NCBI GenBank assembly: GCA_026395055.1
Contig: JAPLZK010000002.1
Span: 128,154 to 192,153 of the forward strand
Length of the DNA: 64,000 nucleotides
From: Candidatus Uhrbacteria bacterium
GTDB taxonomy: Bacteria > Patescibacteriota > Patescibacteriia > UBA9934 > GWF2-40-263
Direction: 5' to 3'
In this document: piece after piece, positions 8,058 through 18,357 of the stretch
Position numbering within the stretch: position 1 is the stretch's first letter
Layout: each line of letters starts with the position of its first letter
The notes under the pieces: generated by a model
Told to the model about the DNA's origin: nothing
Database searches by the model: none
The model's input: only the letters and a program-made list of their open reading frames with translations
Position numbers and translations under genes: made by a program

Positions 8058-10100
8058 ATGAATATTACAGAACTAGCTCGTCGTCTTCGTGTTCGCCCTG
8101 ATGAGCTCTTGCAAAAATTGCCAGAGCTCGGTTTTGCGGTTGGTGCACGTGCCATTAAGGTAGACGACCGCCAAGCACAAAAAATCATTGAAGCGTGGGC
8201 AGAAATGAGTCGAAAAGATCGTCTTGCCCGAAAAATGGAAATGCAAAAAGCGCATTCCGGACAACGACTTGAAATGCCAGAAGAAGATCGTAAGCCCGTG
8301 AAGATTCCTGCAATCACCACGGTGCGCGATTTTGCGTCTCTGTTGAATTTGTCCGTGCCTCGCATCATGCAAGAGCTCATGAAGAACGGAATTCTTGCAA
8401 GTATTAACGAACGTATCGACTTTGATACCGCATCTATTATTGCAGAAGATCTTGGATTTCGTGCGGAGCTTGATACAAATACAAAAAATAATAATGAGGA
8501 CACTTCGGGAATCGACAAAATTCGCGAACGATCAGATAGTGAAAAGAAAGAAGATTTGGTTACACGCCCACCGGTTATTGTTGTCATGGGACACGTTGAT
8601 CATGGTAAAACAAAATTGTTGGACGCGATCCGTACAACAAACGTGATGGCAACAGAAGCCGGAGGAATCACACAGCACATTGGTGCGTATCAAGTGGAAC
8701 GTAACGGTCGTCATCTCACATTTATTGATACTCCAGGGCACGAAGCGTTTACGGTTATGCGTTCTCGTGGAGCAAAGGTTGCAGACATCGCTATTCTTGT
8801 GGTCGCGGCAGATGACGGTGTGCAACCACAAACAAAAGAAGCCATTAACATCATCAAATCCGCAAACCTTCCATTCATTGTTGCACTCAACAAGATTGAT
8901 AAAGAGGGAGCAAACATTGATCGTGTCAAAGGACAGCTTGCGGAACTCGGTATCACATCAGAAGATTGGGGTGGAACAAGTATTGTGGTTCCTGTTTCTG
9001 CGCGTGAAGGAAAAAATATTGATCAATTGCTAGACATGTTGCTCCTTGTCACAGACATGGAGAAAGATCACATTGTTGCAAATCCAAAAGCGCGTGCGAT
9101 TGGAACGGTTGTGGAATCACACGTGGATACAGGAACCGGTCCTGTTGCAACCGTGCTTGTTCAAAGTGGAACGCTTAGTGTTGGGGACACATTGTCTATT
9201 CGTGACACGCTTTATGGTCGCGTTCGCGCCATGAAAGATTGGAATGGAAAAACACTTGTGAAAGCAACACCATCTACTCCTGTTGAGATCGTTGGATTTA
9301 AAGTCGCACCAGCTGTGGGTGATGTCATGGACGTTCCAGATCCATCCAAGGAATTGAAAAAAATGAAAGCAACAGACAGCTCGATGAAAGCAACAGAAGA
9401 AATGGCATCTATTCATCACACACAGGCGCAATCAGAAGAATCCAAGTCAGAGGAAAATAAGAAACATGTTTTGCCACTCATCATTCGCTCAGACGTTCTT
9501 GGGTCCCTTGAAGCAATCTTGGGAATGATCGATAAAATCAAACATGCAGACGTTTCCGTAAAAGTTATCAAGAAAGGACTTGGAAACATTACGGATACAG
9601 ATGTGCAAGACGCAGAAGCAGGCGGAGCGATTATCATGGCGTTTAATACGCGTCCAAACGGAACGGCCGAGATTCTAGCACGTGACAAACATGTCTCCAT
9701 CCGTAAGTATGATATTATTTACAAACTGTTTGATGACGTGATTGAAGAGTTGAAGAAATTGCTTCCGGCAGAACTCATTATTACGGAACTTGGTGGATTT
9801 GAAGTGGTCAAAGTCTTCCGTAAAACAGATCATGGATTTATTGTGGGAGGAAAAGTAAAGAAATCAAAAATCCTCCCAAAGACCAAGTTGCGTATTTCAC
9901 GTAACGGCGAATATGTTGGTGAAGGAGAGATCCTTGCACTTCAACTGGGTCCAGGAGAAATCAAAGAAGGACAACCCGGACAAGAAATCGGTTTGTCGTT
10001 CAAAGGAAAAGTAAAACCAGAAGAAGGAGATATCTTCGAAACATATACAGAAGAGAAGATTACAAAGTTATTTAAGATCGAAGGGATCGACGCGCGATAA
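8058..10100 (+). CDS. infB: Translation initiation factor IF-2
   Basis: G-domain motifs [13 protein letters not shown] and NKID, plus the C-terminal beta-barrel region. 680 aa. Confidence 0.9.
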   Translation: MNITELARRLRVRPDELLQKLPELGFAVGARAIKVDDRQAQKIIEAWAEMSRKDRLARKMEMQKAHSGQRLEMPEEDRKPVKIPAITTVRDFASLLNLSVPRIMQELMKNGILASINERIDFDTASIIAEDLGFRAELDTNTKNNNEDTSGIDKIRERSDSEKKEDLVTRPPVIVVMGHVDHGKTKLLDAIRTTNVMATEAGGITQHIGAYQVERNGRHLTFIDTPGHEAFTVMRSRGAKVADIAILVVAADDGVQPQTKEAINIIKSANLPFIVALNKIDKEGANIDRVKGQLAELGITSEDWGGTSIVVPVSAREGKNIDQLLDMLLLVTDMEKDHIVANPKARAIGTVVESHVDTGTGPVATVLVQSGTLSVGDTLSIRDTLYGRVRAMKDWNGKTLVKATPSTPVEIVGFKVAPAVGDVMDVPDPSKELKKMKATDSSMKATEEMASIHHTQAQSEESKSEENKKHVLPLIIRSDVLGSLEAILGMIDKIKHADVSVKVIKKGLGNITDTDVQDAEAGGAIIMAFNTRPNGTAEILARDKHVSIRKYDIIYKLFDDVIEELKKLLPAELIITELGGFEVVKVFRKTDHGFIVGGKVKKSKILPKTKLRISRNGEYVGEGEILALQLGPGEIKEGQPGQEIGLSFKGKVKPEEGDIFETYTEEKITKLFKIEGIDAR

Positions 10101-10229
10101 TAAAATTCCAAGAGAATAAATACGAATATCGAATAACGAAATTCGAAAACCAAAGAAATTATTTACCTGTTTTCGTCTTTCGGATTTCGAGTTTCGAATT
10201 TATTCATTCTTGGTGCTTAATTTTACCTT

Positions 10230-10550
10230 ATGTCCGAGCTTGTCCTCACAGAAGAAAATTTTGATCAATCCGTTTTACAGGCAGATAAACTAGTTCTCGT
10301 AGATTTTTGGGCATCGTGGTGCGGACCATGCAAAATGATGGCGCCGGTTCTTGAAGAGCTCGCACAGGAAATGGATTCTGTGATCATCGGAAAAATAAAT
10401 GTTGATGAACAGTCTTCGCTTGCACAGCGTTTCAACATTCTCTCCATTCCTACATTTATTTTGTTCAAGAAGGGGGAAGTCATCGAACAGTTTTCGGGAG
10501 CAATGGCAAAACAGGCACTCAAAGATCACGTTGAAAAACACCTTTCTTAA
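10230..10550 (+). CDS. trxA: Thioredoxin
   Basis: Active-site motif WCGPC. 106 aa. Confidence 0.9.
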   Translation: MSELVLTEENFDQSVLQADKLVLVDFWASWCGPCKMMAPVLEELAQEMDSVIIGKINVDEQSSLAQRFNILSIPTFILFKKGEVIEQFSGAMAKQALKDHVEKHLS

Positions 10551-10600
10551 AGCAATAAAGAGTCGCAAAGAATATTTGCGACTCTTTGCTATGTTTATCT

Positions 10601-11536
10601 ATGGAAATACAAGATCTCATCATTATCGGTTCGGGTCCAGCAGGATACACGGCAGCAATTTACGCTGCGCGTGCAGAATTAAAACCTGTTTTATTTGAAG
10701 GACAGGTTGCAGGTGGTCAACCGGGTGGGCAACTCATGCTCACAACGGACGTTGAAAACTTTCCAGGATTCCCCGCAGGAATCATGGGGCCAGATCTCAT
10801 GGTTGAAATGAAAAAACAAGCAGAGCGATTTGGAACAAACATCATTCCAAAAGATGTTACGCGTGTAGATTTTTCCGTGCGACCATTCCTTGTTGTTTCT
10901 GGTGACGACGAATATCGCGCAAACAGCGTCATTATTTGTACGGGTGCACAAGCAAAGTGGCTTGGGGTTCCAGGGGAACAAACATTTCAAGGTCGCGGAG
11001 TTTCTGCCTGTGCAACCTGTGACGGATTTTTCTTCAAAGAAAAACAGGTCGTGGTTGTTGGTGGGGGAGATGCGGCATTGGAAGAAGCAAATTTTCTTAC
11101 GCGTTTTGCCTCAAAGCTCACACTTCTTGTTCGATCTGAAACATTACGTGCATCAAAGATCATGCAAGAACGTATGAAAGCAAATCCAAAAATTGAAATT
11201 TTGTGGAATACAGAAGTTGCAGAAGTGGTTGGAGATGTAAAGATGACAGGACTCAAATTAAAAAACAATAAAACAGGTGAGGTGTCGGATTTTGCTGCGG
11301 ATGGACTTTTCGTGGCGATTGGTCACAAGCCGAACACAGAATTGTTTCAAGGGCAGCTCGAACTCGACTCGGTTGGATATATCGTGACGCAACCACATTC
11401 AACGGCGACAAGTGTTGAGGGGGTGTATGCGGGAGGAGACGTTGCAGATCATGTGTACCGTCAAGCCATCAGTGCCGCGGGAACAGGATGTATGGCCGCG
11501 CTCGACGCAGAACGATTCCTAAGCCGAAACCACTAA
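10601..11536 (+). CDS. trxB: Thioredoxin-disulfide reductase
   Basis: Motifs GSGPAGYTAA, the redox CATC and GGGDAA. The start is likely MEIQDL at 10601. Confidence 0.9.
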   Translation: MEIQDLIIIGSGPAGYTAAIYAARAELKPVLFEGQVAGGQPGGQLMLTTDVENFPGFPAGIMGPDLMVEMKKQAERFGTNIIPKDVTRVDFSVRPFLVVSGDDEYRANSVIICTGAQAKWLGVPGEQTFQGRGVSACATCDGFFFKEKQVVVVGGGDAALEEANFLTRFASKLTLLVRSETLRASKIMQERMKANPKIEILWNTEVAEVVGDVKMTGLKLKNNKTGEVSDFAADGLFVAIGHKPNTELFQGQLELDSVGYIVTQPHSTATSVEGVYAGGDVADHVYRQAISAAGTGCMAALDAERFLSRNH

Positions 11537-11547
11537 AAGACCAACAA

Positions 11548-11578
11548 AAACATCCTGTTTTATCAGGATGTTTTTTTG
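11548..11578 (+). terminator. Rho-independent terminator after trxB
   Basis: catcctg-tttta-caggatg followed by TTTTTTT. Confidence 0.7.
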
Positions 11579-11587
11579 TTACATCCA

Positions 11588-11616
11588 TTGACAAAACCGT
11601 GATTTTTTGATACATT
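11588..11616 (+). promoter_or_regulatory. Candidate sigma70 promoter for the APC transporter gene
   Basis: TTGACA, 17-bp spacer, TACATT. Confidence 0.55.
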
Positions 11617-11669
11617 ATGCGCTTCGCGTGCGGACGGCGCGCGCGATGTTCTTGCAACTTGGAGGTGTT

Positions 11670-13625
11670 ATGCAACCGATTCCTGAAGAGGCTTCTTCTT
11701 TGTCTCGTGCGTGGAAATGGATTGTTGGCAGGCCACGGAGTCTTGCGGATAACCGGATCTTTCATCAGTTGTCTTTGATTCCGTTTCTTGCATGGGTTGG
11801 ACTTGGAGCAGATGGACTTTCGTCCTCTGCCTACGGTCCGCCTGAATCCTTCGCCGCGCTCGGTGAACATCGTTGGCTCGCGCTCGCGCTTGCGACCATG
11901 ACCGCCGTTACCGTGCTCATCATCTCGATGGCATATACGCGCATCATTGCCGCGTTCCCGAATGGGGGTGGTGGCTATGTGGTTGCGACGCGTTTGCTTG
12001 GGCCGGTACCGGGAGTTGTTTCCGGTTCCGCGCTTCTTGTGGACTATATGCTCACGGTCACGGTTTCGATCGCGGCTGCGGGTGATGCGCTGTTCAGTTT
12101 TCTTCCGGTCGGCGCGCTTGTGTTCAAGCTCGCATTCGAGATTTTCATCTTGACCGGTATGATTCTTCTGAACTTACGCGGTGTGCGTGAGGCGATTCTT
12201 CCACTCGTTCCTGTATTCCTCTTGTTTCTCGTGACGCACATCGTGCTGATCGCGGCTGGACTTTTCAGTCCGCATACGACTGCGCCAATTGTGTCACAGG
12301 TTACGGTAGGGTTTCACACAAGCTACACCAAACTCGGCATGCTTGGGATGTTTCTCTTGTTTGCACGCGCGTGGTCGCTTGGTGGTGGAACGTATACGGG
12401 TATTGAAGCTGTGTCGAATGGTCTTCCGATCTTGCGTGAGCCGCGTGCGAAAACCGCGCGTATCACCATGACGTACATGGCCGCTTCGCTTGCCCTTACT
12501 GCTGCGGGTCTGCTCATCTGCTATTTGCTTGCGGACGTGCATCCCGTTGATGGTCAAACGTTGAACGCAATCCTTGCGGAACGCGTCTCACAGGGTTGGC
12601 CTGGTGGCAAAATGTTTTCGGTCGTCACGTTGATTGCAGAAGGTGCATTGCTTGTCGTTGGAGCCCAAGCGGGCTTTCTTGATGGGCCGCGTGTCCTTTC
12701 GAACATGGCGCTTGATGGCTGGGCACCGCGGCGTTTCGCTGCGTTGTCGCAACAGCTCACCACGCAAAACGGCATTATGCTGATTGGCGGAGCTTCGCTC
12801 CTTGCTCTTTGGTATACGAAGGGTGATGTAGGACAGCTTGTCGTCATGTATAGCATCAACGTGTTTCTCACGTTCTCGCTTTCCATGCTCGGCATGCTCC
12901 GGAAGTCGATTCGTAAGAAGAGTTTTTCGGACATCCTGTTGTTCACGATCGCATTCGTCTTGTGCGCTTCGATTCTCTGTGTGACGGCGTTTGAGAAATT
13001 TCTTGACGGCGGATGGATCACGCTTGTGGTTACGTTCGGACTCGTCATGCTCTTTGTCGCCATTCGCTCACATTATCGCGCGGTGGCAAATCAATTGCCG
13101 TCGCTTGATGCAGACTTGCCGCAAATTGAATTGCCGGAAGTTGTCACGCATTCTGTGCTTGATCCGAGTTCTGCAACCGCCGCGATTCTCGTTGGTGGAT
13201 ACAATGGTGTTGGTCATCAGACACTGAATGTGATTCAACAGACCTTTCCTGGTCACTACAAAAATGTCGTTTTCATTGCGGTTGGGACCGTGGATTCTGC
13301 AACCATCAAAGATGAACACGAGCTCCAAGTGCTTCGTGCACGGACGCATGAGTCCACACAGCGGTACGTTCTTTTGGGACAATCGCTCGGATTGAATGCA
13401 ACCGGAATGGACTGTGTTGGAACCGACCCTGTCCAAGAGCTCGAAAAGCTTTGTCTCATTGCAGCAACGGTTTATCCAAGCATTACGTTCTTTGCTGGAC
13501 AGATCATTTTCGGAAAAGAAAAGTGGTGGCACACGTTCCTCCACAATCATACTGCGGACGGACTGCAAAAGCGTTTGCAAGTTGATGGTCACACGATGGT
13601 GATCCTCCCCGTCCGTCTTCACTGA
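11670..13625 (+). CDS. APC-superfamily permease (amino-acid/KimA-like transporter) with a C-terminal cytoplasmic extension
   Basis: About 12 predicted TM helices, an APC-like GGGGY motif and RBS ggaggtg before the ATG at 11670. GC-rich. Confidence 0.6.
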   Translation: MQPIPEEASSLSRAWKWIVGRPRSLADNRIFHQLSLIPFLAWVGLGADGLSSSAYGPPESFAALGEHRWLALALATMTAVTVLIISMAYTRIIAAFPNGGGGYVVATRLLGPVPGVVSGSALLVDYMLTVTVSIAAAGDALFSFLPVGALVFKLAFEIFILTGMILLNLRGVREAILPLVPVFLLFLVTHIVLIAAGLFSPHTTAPIVSQVTVGFHTSYTKLGMLGMFLLFARAWSLGGGTYTGIEAVSNGLPILREPRAKTARITMTYMAASLALTAAGLLICYLLADVHPVDGQTLNAILAERVSQGWPGGKMFSVVTLIAEGALLVVGAQAGFLDGPRVLSNMALDGWAPRRFAALSQQLTTQNGIMLIGGASLLALWYTKGDVGQLVVMYSINVFLTFSLSMLGMLRKSIRKKSFSDILLFTIAFVLCASILCVTAFEKFLDGGWITLVVTFGLVMLFVAIRSHYRAVANQLPSLDADLPQIELPEVVTHSVLDPSSATAAILVGGYNGVGHQTLNVIQQTFPGHYKNVVFIAVGTVDSATIKDEHELQVLRARTHESTQRYVLLGQSLGLNATGMDCVGTDPVQELEKLCLIAATVYPSITFFAGQIIFGKEKWWHTFLHNHTADGLQKRLQVDGHTMVILPVRLH

Positions 13626-13652
13626 ACTCTCGCTCGAGAGTTCTTTTTTTGT
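13624..13652 (+). terminator. Rho-independent terminator
   Basis: aactctcg..cgagagtt followed by CTTTTTTT. Confidence 0.6.
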
Positions 13653-13686
13653 TTATAGTGGATAACACATTCTCCGTTGACGCGTT

Positions 13687-13715
13687 GGATGGTTTCGATT
13701 AGAGTGTTTTCTTCA
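13687..13715 (+). promoter_or_regulatory. Candidate promoter
   Basis: TTGACG, 17-bp spacer, TAGAGT. RBS gaaggag sits before the ATG at 13747. Confidence 0.5.
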
Positions 13716-13746
13716 CAACGTGTGAAGCGATTTTGAAGGAGTTGTC

Positions 13747-14217
13747 ATGGCGATGCCTACAATGGAAACATGGACAGATGAAGAACGGTGGTTCACGAAT
13801 AACATGTTGTTGATCACGATCCCATCTCTGCTCACCTTTGTTTTGTCTGTCCTTTTTGGATGCAGTGAAAACTTCTGTCTCCTTGCATACGGATCGATCT
13901 GGGCCATCTTTGCCCTAAAACAATTGTGTAGAGAGGATCTGATGGGTAGCACGCCATTCGTCTGTTACGGCGCGCCACTCCTTATGAACATCGTTGCCAA
14001 TCTGGTCGTTGTTGTCCTTGCCGTGAAGGAACAGCCGTATGTTCGCGAAGAGATTGTCTCGGCGATCATCCTAACGCTCACGATTCTCTGGTCTGTTGTG
14101 CGTCAGAAGAAAGATTTGTCGTTGAAACGAGCGTTCGGCGTTCTCGCGATTCAACTTTCTTTTACGGCGGTCACGCTTTACAGCATCGTCACCTATTACA
14201 TGTCGAGCCATCAGTAA
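13747..14217 (+). CDS. Hypothetical integral membrane protein
   Basis: 156 aa with about 4 TM helices and its own promoter and terminator. Confidence 0.5.
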   Translation: MAMPTMETWTDEERWFTNNMLLITIPSLLTFVLSVLFGCSENFCLLAYGSIWAIFALKQLCREDLMGSTPFVCYGAPLLMNIVANLVVVVLAVKEQPYVREEIVSAIILTLTILWSVVRQKKDLSLKRAFGVLAIQLSFTAVTLYSIVTYYMSSHQ

Positions 14218-14221
14218 CCCT

Positions 14222-14247
14222 TGAGTCCACTTCGGACTCTTTTTTAT
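14222..14247 (+). terminator. Rho-independent terminator
   Basis: gagtcc-acttc-ggactc followed by TTTTTT. Confidence 0.65.
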
Positions 14248-14362
14248 TTATCCATTGACATCTGACGCATTTTCGTGTTCACTCTCGTTGGATCAAGGGC
14301 GCGGTGTCCTTGAAGTTCCTTGCAACACTTCGATACGCTCAGTGCCTAACGGGGAGACTTCC

Positions 14363-15490
14363 ATGTCGAATCGAGAATCTCAAATCGAGCGAGAGCGCCG
14401 ATGGGTTGTGAAAAAGTTTGATCCGTTATTTCTTGGTCGTGCGACGGAAGTGCAGCAGATCGTTCAGGGATATTTCGATGTTCTTGAAGATCAAAGCTTT
14501 CGTGTTCGCATTATCGATGACGAGCGAGCCATTGTGAATTTGAAGACGGGTACTGGAGAGGTGCGTAAAGAAGAAGAGGAATCTGCTTCTCTCCGACTGG
14601 CGCGCATCATGCTTTCTGCAACGTCGTTTCGTGTCGAAAAGACGCGGCATGTCATTGATGGATGGGAACTCGATGTGTTCAAGGGTCCGCTCGCAGGGAT
14701 TGTGATCCTTGAATACGAAGCACATGGCGACGAACCGATTCCGCCTCTTCCGTCATGGATTCATGATGCGATCGATGTGACGGACTCGCTCACGAATCTG
14801 CATCTCGCGCGCATGGCAAAAGAAATAAGCGGCGATGTGAATGAGCACGTCTCGCGCTATCTTGAACCGCGCTTGCCAAAGATTGTTCTCACAGGAGGGC
14901 CGTGCTCTGGGAAGAGTACGCTCATGCGTGAGGTGATCGAGAAATACGGCGATCGCGTGCATTGTGTACCCGAGGTTGCATCGATCTTGATTGCGCAGGT
15001 TGGGATTCTGCCGAGTGCGACAGACGAAAAACACAATGCGCGCTTTCAACAAATTCTTTATCGTGTACAGCGGTCGTTTGAAGAAGCGGCTGAGTTGCAA
15101 GCGATGAAGGATGGAAAGCAGGCGATTGTGCTTGATCGAGGAACGGTTGATGCCGTTGCGTACCTTCATGGGGAAGACAATCTCAAACGGCAGGCACACT
15201 TCACGATTGCGACCGGTCTTTCTGTGCGTGCAGAATTGAATCGGTATGCGCAAGTGATTTGCTTGGCTCCTCCGACTCGTGATGTCTTCGAGACACACAG
15301 AACAAACAATCCTGCGCGGAGCGAAACGTACGAACAAGCTGTAGAGCTTGGACGACGTTCGCATGCGGCTTGGCATGTGACAGGCTACCCAGAATGGAAT
15401 TACGTCCACTTCAAACAGGTCGATGGTAAAACATGGGTCGCAAAGCGCGATGCCGCGTTCAAGATTCTCGACTTTTATATTGATCGCTGA
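14363..15490 (+). CDS. CYTH-domain protein fused to a C-terminal P-loop NTPase/kinase (AAA_28/NadR-kinase-like)
   Basis: N-terminal CYTH-like strands: RRWVV, YFD, RVRI, ExKxxxG(E/T)xR (NLKTGTGEVRKEE) and EYE. C-terminal Walker A GGPCSGKST with a DRGT Walker-B-like motif. Start chosen at MSNRES (RBS ggggaga), because a TTGACA-type promoter (14255-14283) lies inside the longer six-frame ORF. Confidence 0.55.
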   Translation: MSNRESQIERERRWVVKKFDPLFLGRATEVQQIVQGYFDVLEDQSFRVRIIDDERAIVNLKTGTGEVRKEEEESASLRLARIMLSATSFRVEKTRHVIDGWELDVFKGPLAGIVILEYEAHGDEPIPPLPSWIHDAIDVTDSLTNLHLARMAKEISGDVNEHVSRYLEPRLPKIVLTGGPCSGKSTLMREVIEKYGDRVHCVPEVASILIAQVGILPSATDEKHNARFQQILYRVQRSFEEAAELQAMKDGKQAIVLDRGTVDAVAYLHGEDNLKRQAHFTIATGLSVRAELNRYAQVICLAPPTRDVFETHRTNNPARSETYEQAVELGRRSHAAWHVTGYPEWNYVHFKQVDGKTWVAKRDAAFKILDFYIDR

Positions 15491-15512
15491 ACCCATTCGG
15501 GTTCTTTTTTTA
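15487..15512 (+). terminator. Rho-independent terminator
   Basis: gaaccc-attc-gggttc followed by TTTTTTT. Confidence 0.65.
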
Positions 15513-15516
15513 TGTA

Positions 15517-15546
15517 CAAAAAAAGACATCCAGAATGGATGTCGAG
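15517..15546 (-). terminator. Terminator for the minus-strand hypothetical gene
   Basis: Minus strand: gacatccattctggatgtc followed by TTTTTTT. Confidence 0.6.
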
Positions 15547-15548
15547 AA

Positions 15549-16460
15549 CTATGCGGCGTCTGTAATGGTGACTTCTTGGTTTGCTTCGGCGAATGGCTCT
15601 CGTCGAACAAACGGTTGTGAGCGATCCGTGTCGATGAAGTGTTGAAGATGTTTCACATCTGCTTCATACACCATCAGGTCGTACATATTTCCGTTTGTCT
15701 TTCCAACAACGGCGCGACAGGAGCGAAACGCTCCGTCATAGAGATTCTCCATTTCACGCGCACCGTCAAAGATGCGACGACGATCTCCGGATTTGTATGC
15801 AGGGTCTTCGTCGTTTGGTCGCGTGTGAACGTGTTCGATGACGAGCGGCGTGTTTGGTCGGCCGGCTTTGACGCTTACGCACCAGTTGTCTCGTTTGTTG
15901 TTGAGAATGATGAGATCAATCCCAAGCATACAATCTTCGAAAACGGAGGGGAGAAACACTCGACCCTGATTGGTTTCAAGAAACGTGCAAACGGTGCGTG
16001 CACAAGATGCGGCACCAACGAAAGAGGTTTCCCAGGCGTACTGATCAATTCCTCCCGCGCGTCCGAGAAGGTAAATCAGGTTGAGTTCTTGTGGGTGTAC
16101 GTCGATGAGCAATTTTGTCATGCGGTGTTGGATCATACATCCAAGAACAACGCGTGACCTGCGCTCTCGATCGTTCGCCTTGTCGTGATCGAAATGCTTC
16201 ATGAGTTTGTGAAGCAAGATTGTGTCAAACAAAAGGCGTTCGATGCGAGTGAGTCGAATCATGTAGGGGACGTCTGTGGTTGCGAGGTGCAACTCAAAGA
16301 TTTTTTCATGCGTCTGAACATGTCCCGTCAGGAACAACTGATAAGACGACGGAACGGACACGGGGAAGCGTGCATAGACGTTTGCACGCTTGATAGTGTC
16401 TGGCTGGAAGCGAAGCTTCTCACCCTTTGGTTCCATGGTATTCAGCTCGTTATGTTCCAT
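15549..16460 (-). CDS. Hypothetical protein (unrecognised family)
   Basis: Long ORF convergent with the CYTH gene and carrying its own terminator. The start is uncertain (the internal Met at 16460 is preferred over 16508). Contains a GRAGG-type glycine motif but no confident family assignment. Confidence 0.45.
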   Translation of the reverse strand: MEHNELNTMEPKGEKLRFQPDTIKRANVYARFPVSVPSSYQLFLTGHVQTHEKIFELHLATTDVPYMIRLTRIERLLFDTILLHKLMKHFDHDKANDRERRSRVVLGCMIQHRMTKLLIDVHPQELNLIYLLGRAGGIDQYAWETSFVGAASCARTVCTFLETNQGRVFLPSVFEDCMLGIDLIILNNKRDNWCVSVKAGRPNTPLVIEHVHTRPNDEDPAYKSGDRRRIFDGAREMENLYDGAFRSCRAVVGKTNGNMYDLMVYEADVKHLQHFIDTDRSQPFVRREPFAEANQEVTITDAA

Positions 16461-16598
16461 CAAAAAACGATCCAACACAATTGACCTCACGACGACGGCA
16501 CACGCCATCTTTGCGGAAAAGGACGATATCGAAGACTACCAAGAGAAACCTGTTGCGTCAAGGCTTTCTGTTTGTGATTGTGGTATAAAGGAGCTGTT

Positions 16599-18353
16599 AT
16601 GAAAAATCGATTCACCCATTTCCTTCTCGGAATTCTTTGTATTCTTGTTTTGATCTTTTCGATTTCGCGCTTTTATGCTCCTAAACAAGATCCTCGCCAG
16701 GTCTTCTCAAGTGGAATTCTTTCAAAATCCTTTTTCGATGATGCGTATAAAGCGGTTCCAAAACAGTCGCACGTGAGGGTGTTGTCCGTACTCAGCGCAC
16801 ATCATTTATTGATCGCAAATAAAATAGCAGAACTGTTTGATCGGATTGGATCTCGTCAGGTCCGAACGGTTGTTTTATTAAGTCCAAATCATTTTGATCA
16901 AGGAAAAACATCTGCACAAATAACGACAGGGAATTGGCAAACCCCCTATGGGATTCTTTCAACAGATGATGCGGCTGTGAAAAAGCTTGTTGCGTCGGTA
17001 GGACTCTCAATCGAGCCCAAGACGTTTATGAAGGAACACGGCATTCGTGCACTTACACCTTTTGTAAAACGATCCTTCCCAAACGCACGTCTTGTTCCAA
17101 TTGTTCTGCATGATGCGCTTTCAACTGAAAAAGCGGATGCGCTCGGTGTGGCTATCGCAAAAGAATTACCAAATGCGGTCGTGATCGCTTCTGCAGATAT
17201 TTCACATTATCTTCCAGAGTACGCTGCGACATATCACGACGAGGTAACACTTAATGCTCTCGAATCTGATGGGTGTAACGGGTGTGAATTAGAAGTAGAT
17301 GCAAATAGTGTGCTGCGCGTTTTATTTTCTTCGAATCGTGCTCGGGGTTCTGAAACATGGAATCTAACAGACCACGATTCTTCCCTTGGACTCGGAGTTG
17401 GGTCACAGCCAAAAGAAAATACTTCGCATATCCTTGGGTACTTTACAAAGGGGAAACCGAAGAATGAACCATTTGCCGCGATTCACGTAATTGGTGACGT
17501 TATGTTAGATCGAGATGTTCGAACAAAAATCACTGCTTATGGTGAAGCATATCCGTGGGAAAATATGCATCGATTTTTATCCGGCTCCAATCTCGTTGTC
17601 GGAAACCTGGAGGGAACGATTGGAACTATGACGAGTGATCATGCTTCTGTTGCACCGTACCGATTTATTTTCGATCCAAAATCCGTAGAAGCAATGAAGC
17701 CGTATGTTGATTTAGTAAGTTTGGCGAATAATCATTCTGGCGATCGTTTGGCAGACGGGGAAACAGAAACACGTGATGCATTGAGGCAACTCAATCTTCC
17801 GTGGTTTGGTTCGTATCACAATTCAGATATGCGAGTGGATCGGGTTGTGGGAAATAGGCAGATTGCCTTTGTTGCTTATCACGCGTTCGCTCCAAATGAA
17901 GAAGGTCTGAAAAAAGAAATTCACGATGCAAAAGAGGTTGGGAAATTCGTGATCGTGTATCCGCATTGGGGAACAGAATATGATCCATTGCCAGACGAGC
18001 AACAAAAACATCTTGCAGAACTTATGTCAGACGCGGGCGCAGATTTGATCATCGGAGGACACCCACATGTCGCGCAAGGATTCGATCAAATCGGAAAAAC
18101 ACCTATCGCATGGTCTCTTGGAAATTTTGTGTTCGATCAACCCATGTCGGACACATGGATGGCGATGACGCTCGGTGTTATACTGAAACAAAATTCCGTC
18201 GAACTTTACTTGTTGCCAGTGAATACAAAGAACGGTCAGCCGACCGTTGTGTCAGATCATGATGCAAAGACATTTTTTTCATCTCTTGCGGCAAGGTCGG
18301 CACCAGACTTCCAAGAACAAATTAAACAAGGACATCTAATTTTTTCTCGATAG
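16599..18353 (+). CDS. Membrane-anchored fusion: Memo-like (AmmeMemoRadiSam system protein B family) domain plus CapA/PgsA-type metallophosphatase domain
   Basis: N-terminal TM helix. Memo-like segment (VLSAHH..., LLSPNHF). C-terminal CapA family motifs (IGDVMLDR, GNLEG, SLANNHSGD, HWG..Y). Confidence 0.55.
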   Translation: MKNRFTHFLLGILCILVLIFSISRFYAPKQDPRQVFSSGILSKSFFDDAYKAVPKQSHVRVLSVLSAHHLLIANKIAELFDRIGSRQVRTVVLLSPNHFDQGKTSAQITTGNWQTPYGILSTDDAAVKKLVASVGLSIEPKTFMKEHGIRALTPFVKRSFPNARLVPIVLHDALSTEKADALGVAIAKELPNAVVIASADISHYLPEYAATYHDEVTLNALESDGCNGCELEVDANSVLRVLFSSNRARGSETWNLTDHDSSLGLGVGSQPKENTSHILGYFTKGKPKNEPFAAIHVIGDVMLDRDVRTKITAYGEAYPWENMHRFLSGSNLVVGNLEGTIGTMTSDHASVAPYRFIFDPKSVEAMKPYVDLVSLANNHSGDRLADGETETRDALRQLNLPWFGSYHNSDMRVDRVVGNRQIAFVAYHAFAPNEEGLKKEIHDAKEVGKFVIVYPHWGTEYDPLPDEQQKHLAELMSDAGADLIIGGHPHVAQGFDQIGKTPIAWSLGNFVFDQPMSDTWMAMTLGVILKQNSVELYLLPVNTKNGQPTVVSDHDAKTFFSSLAARSAPDFQEQIKQGHLIFSR

Positions 18354-18357
18354 CTTT

